From assembly GCA_021161835.1 (NCBI GenBank), contig JAGGZV010000066.1, forward strand, positions 12,108 to 76,107: a DNA stretch of 64,000 nucleotides, in the 5' to 3' direction. Below, in pieces: positions 18,595-28,562 of this stretch. The DNA comes from Thermotogota bacterium. GTDB lineage: Bacteria; Thermotogota; Thermotogae; UBA12178. Within the stretch, counting starts at the first letter, position 1, and every line of letters starts with the position of its first letter. The position numbers and the translations under genes are program-made. The notes beneath the pieces are model-generated. The model saw only the letters and a list, made by a program, of their open reading frames with translations, was not told where the DNA came from and did not search any database.

Positions 18595-21500
18595 AGATTC
18601 TGGACAGATACGTGATCAAGGAATCGATCCTCCCGCTTTTGATAGGACTTGGGGGATTCGTGGTTTTTGTCAGCGTTGAACTCCTTTATCAACTTTCTGA
18701 CATAATAGTGCGTTACAGGGTGGGGTTTGACAAACTGCTGATACTTCTGTATTATCAACTACCTTACTTTCTGGTAATGGGGATACCCGTCGGTGTGCTC
18801 TTCTCCATCTTCTGGGTCATATCGCGCTTTGCGACCAGCAACGAGATCGTTGCCATACAGGTGCACGGGATAAACTTGAAACGTTTGGTTGTTCCGTTCA
18901 TGATTCTTTCGTTCATATTATCGGGTGTTGCGTACCTCTTAAACGATTTTGTAGTACCGAAATCCAACAGGAAGTTTGAAGAAGCGAGAATGCGTTACAT
19001 TTTCCGTCGCAATCCCGAAGATGCGTTAAAAATGATAGAAACGGATACATTTGTCAAGATAGGGAATGACAAGTATTTCTACATCAAAAGGTTCGACAAA
19101 AAGACGGATACCTTTTACAACGTTCTGATATATGACCTGTCTTCCGGGCGAACCAGTGTGATTCACGCCGAAAGAGCCTACAGGAAGAACAACAGATGGT
19201 ATCTGGAGAAAGGCAGAACCTACACGGTCAGGAGAGACGGACTGCTCACCTTCGATATGAGTTTTGAGGAGATGGAACTGGACATAGCCAAAGAGATAGA
19301 AGAATTTGTGCGTGCCGCGAAAACTCCTTGCAGTATGACGAGCAGGGAATTGAAGAAAAAGATAGAGATTTTCAGGAAACTTGGTGTTCGTACATGGGCT
19401 TTGGAAGTGGAATATCAGGAAAAATTTTCCACCTCGTTCGCTCCTGTAATAATCGTGATACTGGGTGTTCCGGTTTCCCTCTTTTTCAATGTACGCAGCA
19501 AATCCTGGAGTGTGATCCTTACTTTTATCCTTGTGGTATTGTATCAGGGGAGTGACGCCTGGATTTCTGCTCTCGGGAAGGAGGGGATGATCAAGCCTGC
19601 TCTGGCTCCGTGGATTCCGAACATCGTTTTCGGCATTGTCGGTACTTTTCTCTTTATGTTGATAAGCACGAAGCTGATGTACGTGATAAAAGAATTTTTC
19701 AGTTATTTCCGCGGCATCATCCTTCTTCCTCTGTTGCTGATGATGTTCATACCTGTGGGTGTTCAGGCTACCGAATTGGTGAGCATTGAAGCCTCCAGTT
19801 TGATCCAAGAGGAGGAAAATATGGTATTTCTGGGAGGGGTAAAAGCACGGTTTGAAAACATGGAAGTTAGTGCATCCATCGCCACCGTAACAGAGAAAAC
19901 TTTCGTGTTTTCAGGTCGTGTGGATGTGATGGGGTTGGAAGATGTGGAGAGTATAAAATCAGAACTCCTGTGCATTTCTGAAGATAGGGCAACTTTCACA
20001 AATGCCACATTGACCACAAGTTCAGAATTTCAAGTGCTCTCCAGTAGTCTCGTGGTTACCTTCGAACGAGAGGAAGAGAAACGAAAGGTGAAGGAAGCGT
20101 ATTCGGAAAACCCTTCAACCGTCCTGATATCCCCGGATAGATGGTATAGAGTGGAAAAATTCATTTATCAGCCCGGTGAAAGCAAGTTCGAAGCGTTTTT
20201 CTTCAGAGCCAAGGAGAAGATGAGAAGAAGCGATGGTCAGGAGAAAACAGTATGGATTGGAGGCCCTTTTCTATCGGCTCAGTTGATGGAAGGGAAAGTC
20301 GCCACCGTTACTTTCTTTGCTTCTTATTTCACCAACTGCGATTACATTCCCCCACATTACGAACTTGAAACGAAGAAAATGGTGATAACTCCTGACAGAT
20401 TGCTGGTGGGTGAGGATGCACACTTTGAAGTCCTCGGATTTCCCCTTTTTTATTATCCCGTTTATTTCACGAATCTGGAAAGGAGAAGACAACCCATGGA
20501 AGTGTCATTCGGGTTGAGTAGGGACAAAGGGTTTGGTTTTGCTTTGAAACACAACTTCGATCTTTGGGCGGGGAACGGATACATGCTCTATGAATACAGA
20601 GGGGAAAGTAGTGTGAGAGTCAATTATGAAAAGGTTGTGAAAGACGATTATACTTTCAAATTCAACTGTGGTCTGCCTCAAGGTAACATCACGATGCTCA
20701 TGAACAAAAAGTTCCCTGATGGTATAAACGCACGCTTGAATGTGAAATCCAGTGTTTACGAAGAGGGATGGAGAAACGATTATCTTTTGAGTCTGAGCAG
20801 AAAAAGTGGTTTCTCCGATTATACGAACTTTTCTTTAAGCTTTCTGCCTGGTGGAAAGAAAACACTTCGTTTCCCGGACTATACTCTCAAGAATTTCAAA
20901 ATGAGTGTGTTCGATATCCTGGGTATCACGATCACGTATTTGAAGTTCACGAACCTGATTTACGCGTCCGGCGGTATGTCTGTTCTGGACCCTCAGGCCG
21001 ACGTTCGAAGAGATATGACTTTGAAAGGCAAATACAACTTCTCCAAATATGGTGCTCTTGAAAACAAAGGTGATTACCGTTTCAGCTTTGAAGATAGGAA
21101 TGGTGAAACCACCTCCAAATTCTTCCTCGATCATGAAATCAGGTATGCCTTAATGGATTCAAAAGTGGAAGGAAGCTGGGGTAAAACTTTTCAGAAGATC
21201 AATCTATATGCGCGGGCTGGTGTGAATACTGGTGATGAAGCCACCAGAGTTGGTATGGGACTGGACTGTTCCCTGAAATACGGTGCTCCCACCGGAAATC
21301 TTTCGATGGAACTGGGATATTCTTTTCACAGGGTCAAAGGTGAAAATCTTAGAGCTTTTCGGTACCTCACGGGAGATCTTCATACCCTCACCCTGCGTAC
21401 AACTTTGAAACCCTTGCCGTTCGTTACCCTGGAGGTAAGAGACATCAAATACGATGTGGAAAAGACTGAACTCCTCACCGATCCTCATTTTGTAACCAGC

Positions 21501-22163
21501 AGTACATGGCGAGATGGAAACTGGAAGATGAGTCTCAAAACGAATTCGGTACTGTCACGATTGGATGGAGTGTTGAAAAGCACGATGTTAGATACCTCGC
21601 TGAGTTATACTGGTGAACCTGGCAAATTTTCCTATTCAATAGCTTTCAATGTCGCGTGGGATCGTGATCCCCTCGTCGACAAGATGGTGAGCAGGTTCAG
21701 TTTAAAATTGTCGAAAAAATGGTATTTTATAAAGAGTTTGACGTTGAATGGAAGTTATGTGGTGAACACTCCATTCACCGATCCTGAGTTTTATACCTTC
21801 AACATGAAGGGAAAAATCAAACTGGACGATGGGGAAGTAAACGTGAAAGGTGTCAGGTATACTTTGGGAAGGGGTTGGACTTTGAAACTGGAGAAGAAGC
21901 TTCATCATGATGTGTACGATTTTGGTGTTGGTGAAACCCTATATTACAGTGACGGTGTATGGAAACTGGTGGGTGGGAAGGCTTTCGTGGAGAGGGAACT
22001 CCACAAATGGAAGGGAAGGTTGAATCTGGAATTTGCATATGATGGCAAGGAGTGGCATTTCGATAGCTGGACGTTGAAATTCTGGTTGAAGGATTTCCCG
22101 GAGAAATTCGTAGAGTTTTTTGTTTCAGAAGAAAAGTTTGGTTTGAGTGTTGGTATATTTTGA
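18591..22163 (+). CDS. LptF/LptG (YjgP/YjgQ) permease domain fused to a ~800-aa beta-rich envelope domain (OstA-like start, OMP-like C-terminus)
   Basis: The N-terminus MKILDRYVIKESILPLLIGLGGF and a 6-TM pattern with a large TM3-TM4 loop fit LptF/G. A seventh hydrophobic helix sits near aa 365-385. Beyond it there are no further helices. The segment IEASSLIQEEENMVFLGGVKARF looks OstA-like, and the protein ends ...FGLSVGIF. Confidence 0.75.
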   Translation: MKILDRYVIKESILPLLIGLGGFVVFVSVELLYQLSDIIVRYRVGFDKLLILLYYQLPYFLVMGIPVGVLFSIFWVISRFATSNEIVAIQVHGINLKRLVVPFMILSFILSGVAYLLNDFVVPKSNRKFEEARMRYIFRRNPEDALKMIETDTFVKIGNDKYFYIKRFDKKTDTFYNVLIYDLSSGRTSVIHAERAYRKNNRWYLEKGRTYTVRRDGLLTFDMSFEEMELDIAKEIEEFVRAAKTPCSMTSRELKKKIEIFRKLGVRTWALEVEYQEKFSTSFAPVIIVILGVPVSLFFNVRSKSWSVILTFILVVLYQGSDAWISALGKEGMIKPALAPWIPNIVFGIVGTFLFMLISTKLMYVIKEFFSYFRGIILLPLLLMMFIPVGVQATELVSIEASSLIQEEENMVFLGGVKARFENMEVSASIATVTEKTFVFSGRVDVMGLEDVESIKSELLCISEDRATFTNATLTTSSEFQVLSSSLVVTFEREEEKRKVKEAYSENPSTVLISPDRWYRVEKFIYQPGESKFEAFFFRAKEKMRRSDGQEKTVWIGGPFLSAQLMEGKVATVTFFASYFTNCDYIPPHYELETKKMVITPDRLLVGEDAHFEVLGFPLFYYPVYFTNLERRRQPMEVSFGLSRDKGFGFALKHNFDLWAGNGYMLYEYRGESSVRVNYEKVVKDDYTFKFNCGLPQGNITMLMNKKFPDGINARLNVKSSVYEEGWRNDYLLSLSRKSGFSDYTNFSLSFLPGGKKTLRFPDYTLKNFKMSVFDILGITITYLKFTNLIYASGGMSVLDPQADVRRDMTLKGKYNFSKYGALENKGDYRFSFEDRNGETTSKFFLDHEIRYALMDSKVEGSWGKTFQKINLYARAGVNTGDEATRVGMGLDCSLKYGAPTGNLSMELGYSFHRVKGENLRAFRYLTGDLHTLTLRTTLKPLPFVTLEVRDIKYDVEKTELLTDPHFVTSSTWRDGNWKMSLKTNSVLSRLDGVLKSTMLDTSLSYTGEPGKFSYSIAFNVAWDRDPLVDKMVSRFSLKLSKKWYFIKSLTLNGSYVVNTPFTDPEFYTFNMKGKIKLDDGEVNVKGVRYTLGRGWTLKLEKKLHHDVYDFGVGETLYYSDGVWKLVGGKAFVERELHKWKGRLNLEFAYDGKEWHFDSWTLKFWLKDFPEKFVEFFVSEEKFGLSVGIF

Positions 22164-22184
22164 ACGATAAAGGGAGGGTTCAGG

Positions 22185-22619
22185 ATGAGAGTACAGGGGA
22201 TCGATCACATAGGGGTAGCTGTCCAATCAGTGGATAGCGCTCTGGAGCTTTATTCCGGAGTCATGGGTTTGAGGGTAAAAAAGGTGGAAATTCTGGAAGA
22301 CAGAAGGTTGAAGGTGGCATTTCTGGAGATCGGTGAGATCAGTTTTGAACTTCTTGAACCTCTTGAGGGTGAAGAGGTGGTGAGCAAGTTCCTGGAAAAG
22401 CGTGGGGAAGGTTTGCATCATGTGGCCTTATTGGTTGATAATCTGGAAGAATGTGTGAAATACCTGCATGCAAAAGGTTTACGCACACTGGGAACCCAGC
22501 CCCAGAAGGGGGCAGAAGGAAAGAGAATCATGTTCCTTCATCCAAAGGATACGCATGGCGTACTGCTGGAACTGGTGGAAAGGATGAAAGGAGGAGAAAC
22601 CGGTGAAATCCATGAGTGA
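22185..22619 (+). CDS. mce: Methylmalonyl-CoA epimerase (VOC/glyoxalase fold)
   Basis: It starts IDHIGVAV and shows ...FELLEP... and GEGLHHVAL, with HPKDTHGVLLELVE at the end. It lies directly upstream of the carboxyltransferase. Confidence 0.8.
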   Translation: MRVQGIDHIGVAVQSVDSALELYSGVMGLRVKKVEILEDRRLKVAFLEIGEISFELLEPLEGEEVVSKFLEKRGEGLHHVALLVDNLEECVKYLHAKGLRTLGTQPQKGAEGKRIMFLHPKDTHGVLLELVERMKGGETGEIHE

Positions 22620-24153
22620 AAGAATCGAGGAGTTACGCGGAAGATCTCAGCTGATCGAACAGGGTGGTGGTAAGGAGAAGATAGAAAAGCAGCACAAAAG
22701 TGGAAAGCTTACGGCAAGAGAACGTCTGGAATTGCTGCTGGATAAGGGAAGCTTTGTGGAACTCAACAAATTTGTAAAACACAGGTGTACGTTCTTCGGC
22801 CTGGACAAGATGGATCTCCCGGCGGATGGTGTGATAACCGGAATAGGTACCATAGATGGGAGACAGGTTGCTGTATTCGCCCAGGATTTCACGGTGCAGG
22901 GTGGTTCACTTGGAGAGATGCATGCAAAGAAGATCATGTTTCTGCAGGATATGGCCATGAATCTGGGTATACCCATAGTGGGAATAAACGACTCGGGTGG
23001 AGCCAGGATACAGGAAGGTGTGGATTCCCTGTTCGGATACGGTGGAATATTCTACAGAAATACACTGGCTTCAGGCGTGATTCCTCAGATCACAGTGATT
23101 GCCGGCCCTTGTGCGGGTGGTGCGGTGTACTCGCCCGCGATAACAGATTTTGTGATAATGGTTGACAAAATAGCCAGGATGTTCATAACGGGTCCCAACG
23201 TAATAAAGGCGGTTACAGGAGAGGAAGTAACACAGGAAGAGCTTGGGGGTGCCATGGCGCACAATAAGATAAGTGGTGTTGCACATTTCATGGCTCAGAA
23301 TGACGAGGCGGCACTTCAACTGGTCAGACGGTTATTGTCTTATCTCCCTCAGAACAACATGGAGGAACCTCCAGAAATTACAGGAGATTACGATCTTTCG
23401 GTTTCCGATGATATAAACGATCTGGTTCCGGTGGATCCCAAGAAGGCTTACGATGTGCGAGATGTGATAAAACGTGTGATGGACAAGAACAGTTTTCTGG
23501 AAGTTCACGAGTACTTTGCACCCAACATGGTGATAGGGTTCGCCAGAATAACGGGTAAAGTGGTGGGTATCGTGGCCAATCAGCCCCGTATATACGCAGG
23601 TGCAATAGATATAGATGCCTCCGATAAAGCCGCAAGGTTCGTGAGATTCCTCGATGCCTTCAACATCCCCATAATAACCTTCGTTGACACTCCCGGTTTC
23701 CTGCCCGGAGTGGCGCAGGAACACGGTGGGATAATACGTCATGGAGCCAAGTTGTTGTATGCTTACAGTGAAGCCACCGTTCCAAAGATAACCATAATTC
23801 TGCGCAAAGCTTACGGTGGAGCTTACATATGTATGGGCAGTCAACATCTGGGGGCGGATATGGTGGCAGCCTGGCCCACGGCGGAGATAGCAGTTATGGG
23901 TCCGGAAGGAGCGGTGAACATAGTATTTCGGAAAGAAATAGAGAAGGCGGATAATCCCGAGGAACTCCGACAAAAGCGTATAGAAGAATACAAGGAAAAA
24001 TTCGCCAATCCATACATGGCAGCGCAGCGTGGATACGTTAACGATGTCATTGAACCCGTTTCAACCAGAGCATGGCTGGCAAAGGCTCTGGAGTTGACCC
24101 GAACGAAAGTGGAGGCTCGGCCAACCAAAAAGCATGGGAACATCCCTCTATGA
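22603..24153 (+). CDS. mmdA: Methylmalonyl-CoA carboxyltransferase / decarboxylase alpha subunit (propionyl-CoA carboxylase beta family)
   Basis: It shows the carboxyl transferase family pattern: KLTARERLELLLD, AQDFTVQGGSLGEMHAKK, GGARIQEG, VDTPGFLPG and KAYGGAY. GTG 22603 has an AGGAGGAG RBS. Confidence 0.9.
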   Translation: MKSMSERIEELRGRSQLIEQGGGKEKIEKQHKSGKLTARERLELLLDKGSFVELNKFVKHRCTFFGLDKMDLPADGVITGIGTIDGRQVAVFAQDFTVQGGSLGEMHAKKIMFLQDMAMNLGIPIVGINDSGGARIQEGVDSLFGYGGIFYRNTLASGVIPQITVIAGPCAGGAVYSPAITDFVIMVDKIARMFITGPNVIKAVTGEEVTQEELGGAMAHNKISGVAHFMAQNDEAALQLVRRLLSYLPQNNMEEPPEITGDYDLSVSDDINDLVPVDPKKAYDVRDVIKRVMDKNSFLEVHEYFAPNMVIGFARITGKVVGIVANQPRIYAGAIDIDASDKAARFVRFLDAFNIPIITFVDTPGFLPGVAQEHGGIIRHGAKLLYAYSEATVPKITIILRKAYGGAYICMGSQHLGADMVAAWPTAEIAVMGPEGAVNIVFRKEIEKADNPEELRQKRIEEYKEKFANPYMAAQRGYVNDVIEPVSTRAWLAKALELTRTKVEARPTKKHGNIPL

Positions 24154-24166
24154 GGAGTGATGATCT

Positions 24167-25209
<1,043 letters not shown>

Positions 25210-25212
25210 ACC

Positions 25213-25812
25213 ATGAACGTAAGACGTGTACTGGTGAGTGTGAGTGAGAAAGAGGGACTGTGTGGATTTGTCAAGTACCTGAAAGATCGCGACGTAGAAG
25301 TTGTGGCAACTGAAGGCACCGCGAATTATCTCCAAAATAACGGTATCGATGTACTGAGGGTAAGTGAACTGACGGGTTTTCCTGAAATCCTGGGTGGCCG
25401 GATAAAAACGCTTCATCCAGAAATATTCGGTGGAATACTGGGGTCCAGAAGGGATGGAACCCACCTTCGGGAAATGGACGTCAGAGGAATAAAGCCCATT
25501 GACATGGTGGTGATTAACTTCAGGCCTTTTCTCAAAGTTGCCGAGCGTACCATGGACGAGAACGAGCTGCTCGAAAATCTGGATGTGGGCGGACTGGCGC
25601 TCCTTCAAGCTGCTGTGAAGAATTACAGAGATGTGGTAGTGGTATGTGATCCTGAGGATTACAGGATAATAATGGATAGCCTGGAACAATGCGGGGATAT
25701 ACCACTCCAGTTGCGCAGAAGATTGGTTTTGAAGGCCTTGAAAATGCTGGTGGATTACGAGAAGAAGATTTACGAGGTTCTAAAAGAATTGTTTGGAGAA
25801 CCTCTGGAGTGA
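25213..25812 (+). CDS. Stand-alone MGS-like / PurH N-terminal (IMP cyclohydrolase-type) domain protein, no AICAR transformylase domain
   Basis: The 199 aa align by eye along their whole length to PurH residues 1-199. Matching segments are VLVSVSEKEG, ATEGTA, GGRIKTLHPEIFGGIL, IDMVVINFRPF, ENLDVGGLALLQAAVKNY and VVVCDPEDY. A stop at 25810-25812 is followed by apt. Confidence 0.75.
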   Translation: MNVRRVLVSVSEKEGLCGFVKYLKDRDVEVVATEGTANYLQNNGIDVLRVSELTGFPEILGGRIKTLHPEIFGGILGSRRDGTHLREMDVRGIKPIDMVVINFRPFLKVAERTMDENELLENLDVGGLALLQAAVKNYRDVVVVCDPEDYRIIMDSLEQCGDIPLQLRRRLVLKALKMLVDYEKKIYEVLKELFGEPLE

Positions 25813-25834
25813 CACAGAAAGGAGTGAGTGTAGG

Positions 25835-26347
25835 GTGGATCTCAAGAAGTGGATAAGAGACATACCAGATTTTCCCGTCAGAGGTATCATTTTCCGCGAT
25901 ATTACCCCCTTGCTTAAAGATCCAGAGGCGTTTCGTGAAGCCATAAACATGATGAAGGAGAAAGTATCCGACATCAAGATAGATCTTCTCGTTGCACCTG
26001 AAGCTAGGGGCTTCATATTTGCGGCTGCTCTGGCTTACGATATGAAAAAGGGATTCGTTCCCATCAGGAAACCGGGAAAATTACCATACAAAACTGTATC
26101 CATAGAATACGATCTCGAATATGGAAAGGCGGAACTTCACATGCATGAAGATGCGATCAGGCAGGGAGACAAGGTACTCATTGTGGACGATGTTCTGGCA
26201 ACTGGAGGAACGGTGAGCGCCATAGCGAAACTGGTGGAAGAACAGGGAGGTGTTGTTGCAGGAATACTCGCGCTGGCTGAATTGAGTTATTTGAATCCCA
26301 GGACCAGGATAGGGAATTACAGGGTGGAAACGCTGATCGTTTATTGA
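25835..26347 (+). CDS. apt: Adenine phosphoribosyltransferase
   Basis: GTG 25835 lies 10 nt after AAGGAG. Motifs seen are IRDIPDFPVRGIIFRDITPLL and the PRPP motif VLIVDDVLATGGT. The track start 25793 overlaps the upstream gene. Confidence 0.92.
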   Translation: MDLKKWIRDIPDFPVRGIIFRDITPLLKDPEAFREAINMMKEKVSDIKIDLLVAPEARGFIFAAALAYDMKKGFVPIRKPGKLPYKTVSIEYDLEYGKAELHMHEDAIRQGDKVLIVDDVLATGGTVSAIAKLVEEQGGVVAGILALAELSYLNPRTRIGNYRVETLIVY

Positions 26348-26368
26348 TGTTAGAGGGGGAGTGAGACG

Positions 26369-27709
26369 ATGCTCAAATTGAATGTGAAACCCGCTCTCCT
26401 ATTGCTGGAAGACTCAAAAATCTCTGCTGTTAAGGGCGAACTCAAAAAGTGTATTAAAAAGTTTCATGGTTCGCCACCCGGTTTCGTGCGAATACTCTAC
26501 GACGATCGTGTGGTGCGGGAAATTGAGGAATACTCGGAAAAGCTGAAAAAATATGAAAACTTCGTTGTTGTTGGAATAGGTGGTTCTGCGCTCGGTAATC
26601 AAGCCCTGCAGAATGCTTTGCGACCCATGGATTGGAATTTTCTTACGTCTAAGGATAGAGAGGGGTACTGCAGGGTTTTTGTAATTGACAACGTGGACCC
26701 CGATCTGGTACGTACCACCCTGAAAATGGTCGAACCCGAGAAAACGATTTTCAATATAATATCAAAATCCGGTGGTACGGCAGAGGCACTTGCCAATTAT
26801 TTGATAGTACGTGGTGTTCTGGAAGATGCGGGTCTGGATCCCAGGGATCACCTTGTTTTCACCACCGATCCCAAAAAGGGATTTCTCAGGGAACTGGCCA
26901 ATCGGGAGGGAATAGATGCTTTCGAGATACCACCCGATGTCGGGGGTAGATTCAGCGTATTGACCAGCGTGGGGCTTCTTTCAGCGAAAGCCGCGGGTAT
27001 AGACATAAGGGCATTGCTGGAAGGAGCCAGAAGTATGGTGGATAATTCGAAATTGGAGGAAGTAAATGAAAATCTCCCCGCCTTGTTGGCGCTGGTACAT
27101 TATTTGCACCTCGAGCAGGGCCGCAATATAGCCGTGATGATGGCTTATTCCAATAGATTGCTTACTCTGGTTGATTGGTTCAGGCAGCTGTGGGCAGAAA
27201 GTTTGGGAAAGAGGAAGGATGGACAGTGTGGGGTTGGGCAGACTCCTGTTAAAGCTCTGGGCAGTGTTGACCAGCATTCACAGTTGCAACTGTACAACGA
27301 TGGGCCGGATGATAAGATCATAACTATGCTCAGGATCAGGGAGTTTCATGATGATGTAGAGATTCCTTTGATACATGATGATGAAAGCGTACGGTATCTG
27401 GGTGGCAAGAAGCTTTCCGGGTTGTTGAACACGGAATTCGTGGGTACCGCTCTTTCGCTGGTGGAGAGCAATAGACCGGTGGTAATTCTGGACTTTGAGA
27501 AACTCGACGAGGAGCATGTAGGGCGGTTTTTCCTGTTGTACGAGATAGCAACGGTGTTCATGGGTGAACTGCTGGGTGTCAATCCCTTCGATCAACCCGG
27601 TGTCGAAAGAAGTAAAGTAATAACGAAAGCTCTGATGGGTATGAAAGGTCTTGAGAAGGAAAAGGCTAAAATACTGGCGCGTTTAAAAGAGCTGGAAATG
27701 GAGGCGTGA
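26369..27709 (+). CDS. pgi: Glucose-6-phosphate isomerase (short bacterial/Thermotoga type)
   Basis: It has the SIS-type VVVGIGGSALGN, plus ISKSGGTAE, GGRFSVLTSVGLL, DQHSQLQLYNDGP and NPFDQPGVE. Confidence 0.88.
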   Translation: MLKLNVKPALLLLEDSKISAVKGELKKCIKKFHGSPPGFVRILYDDRVVREIEEYSEKLKKYENFVVVGIGGSALGNQALQNALRPMDWNFLTSKDREGYCRVFVIDNVDPDLVRTTLKMVEPEKTIFNIISKSGGTAEALANYLIVRGVLEDAGLDPRDHLVFTTDPKKGFLRELANREGIDAFEIPPDVGGRFSVLTSVGLLSAKAAGIDIRALLEGARSMVDNSKLEEVNENLPALLALVHYLHLEQGRNIAVMMAYSNRLLTLVDWFRQLWAESLGKRKDGQCGVGQTPVKALGSVDQHSQLQLYNDGPDDKIITMLRIREFHDDVEIPLIHDDESVRYLGGKKLSGLLNTEFVGTALSLVESNRPVVILDFEKLDEEHVGRFFLLYEIATVFMGELLGVNPFDQPGVERSKVITKALMGMKGLEKEKAKILARLKELEMEA

Positions 27710-27966
27710 ACTCCATGGATCCTTACGTAGCGTGGCTGCTGGATGGGGTGGAAACGAATGGTGTATACCTTGTGGAAGAGGACCTCCCAACTTACATAAT
27801 CGTTACTCGGCGAGACGAAGTGATCGTGTCCAGAATGAAGATCAGCGATCCTCCTGTGATTTCCGATGTCAACGTGGTGGTTTTAACACCTGATGAATGG
27901 GAAAATCTGGAGACGTTGAATCCCGGGTTGAAGAAATTGCTTGAAATTTCGCGAAGAGTGATATGA
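27706..27966 (+). CDS. Hypothetical 86-aa protein, translationally coupled to pgi and coaE
   Basis: It has GTGA overlap with the pgi stop and ATGA overlap with the coaE start. I recognise no motif. Confidence 0.4.
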   Translation: MNSMDPYVAWLLDGVETNGVYLVEEDLPTYIIVTRRDEVIVSRMKISDPPVISDVNVVVLTPDEWENLETLNPGLKKLLEISRRVI

Positions 27967-28541
27967 GCAGGAAAGTGATAGGTGTAACCGGTACGGCAGG
28001 GAGTGGTAAAACCCTGCTGACTCGTTTCCTGGCAGCAGAGGGTGCTGTGATCATCGATGTGGATGGTATTGGACACGAGGTGCTCGATGAAATCAAAGAA
28101 CAACTGGTGGAAAGCTTTGGAGATGGTATAATTTCAGATGGTGAAGTATCAAGGGAAAAATTGGGTGAACTTGTTTTTTCCGATATCACCAAGCTTCATC
28201 TTCTCAACAGCATGGTTCATCCCCGTATTAAAGAGAAAATCAGAGATAAATTGCGTAAATTCGAGAATGATGGGATTGTTCTTCTAGATGCGGCGCTTCT
28301 GTTCAAAATAGGTCTGGATGAATTCTGTGATAAGGTTGTGTGTGTCCGGGCGAGTAAGTGGAAATGTTTTGAACGTTTGAAGGGACGCTGGTCAGATCCC
28401 AGGAAAGCACTGAGGATTATAACCCTGCAGGATGATGAGGAGATCTACAAGCATTGCGATATTGTTGTGTTGAACAATGGGACGAAGAAGAAGCTGAAGG
28501 AAAAAGCTAGAGAAATATGGAGATTGCTGGTAAATCAATAA
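27963..28541 (+). CDS. coaE: Dephospho-CoA kinase
   Basis: It has the P-loop IGVTGTAGSGKT, followed by IIDVDGIGHEVL and HPRIKE. Confidence 0.88.
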   Translation: MSRKVIGVTGTAGSGKTLLTRFLAAEGAVIIDVDGIGHEVLDEIKEQLVESFGDGIISDGEVSREKLGELVFSDITKLHLLNSMVHPRIKEKIRDKLRKFENDGIVLLDAALLFKIGLDEFCDKVVCVRASKWKCFERLKGRWSDPRKALRIITLQDDEEIYKHCDIVVLNNGTKKKLKEKAREIWRLLVNQ

Positions 28542-28562
28542 AACTTCGGGGAGGTGTGTAAT

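Noticed and set aside
19026-19808. 260-aa minus-strand ORF inside the lptFG-fusion gene
   Set aside because: It is antisense to the well-supported permease domain and has no motifs.
23332-23973. 213-aa minus-strand ORF inside the carboxyltransferase gene
   Set aside because: It is antisense to a gene with strong family signatures and is a shadow ORF. The same applies to 10919-11650 (+) inside gdh, 25171-25689 (-), 44443-45063 (-) and 50953-51603 (-).
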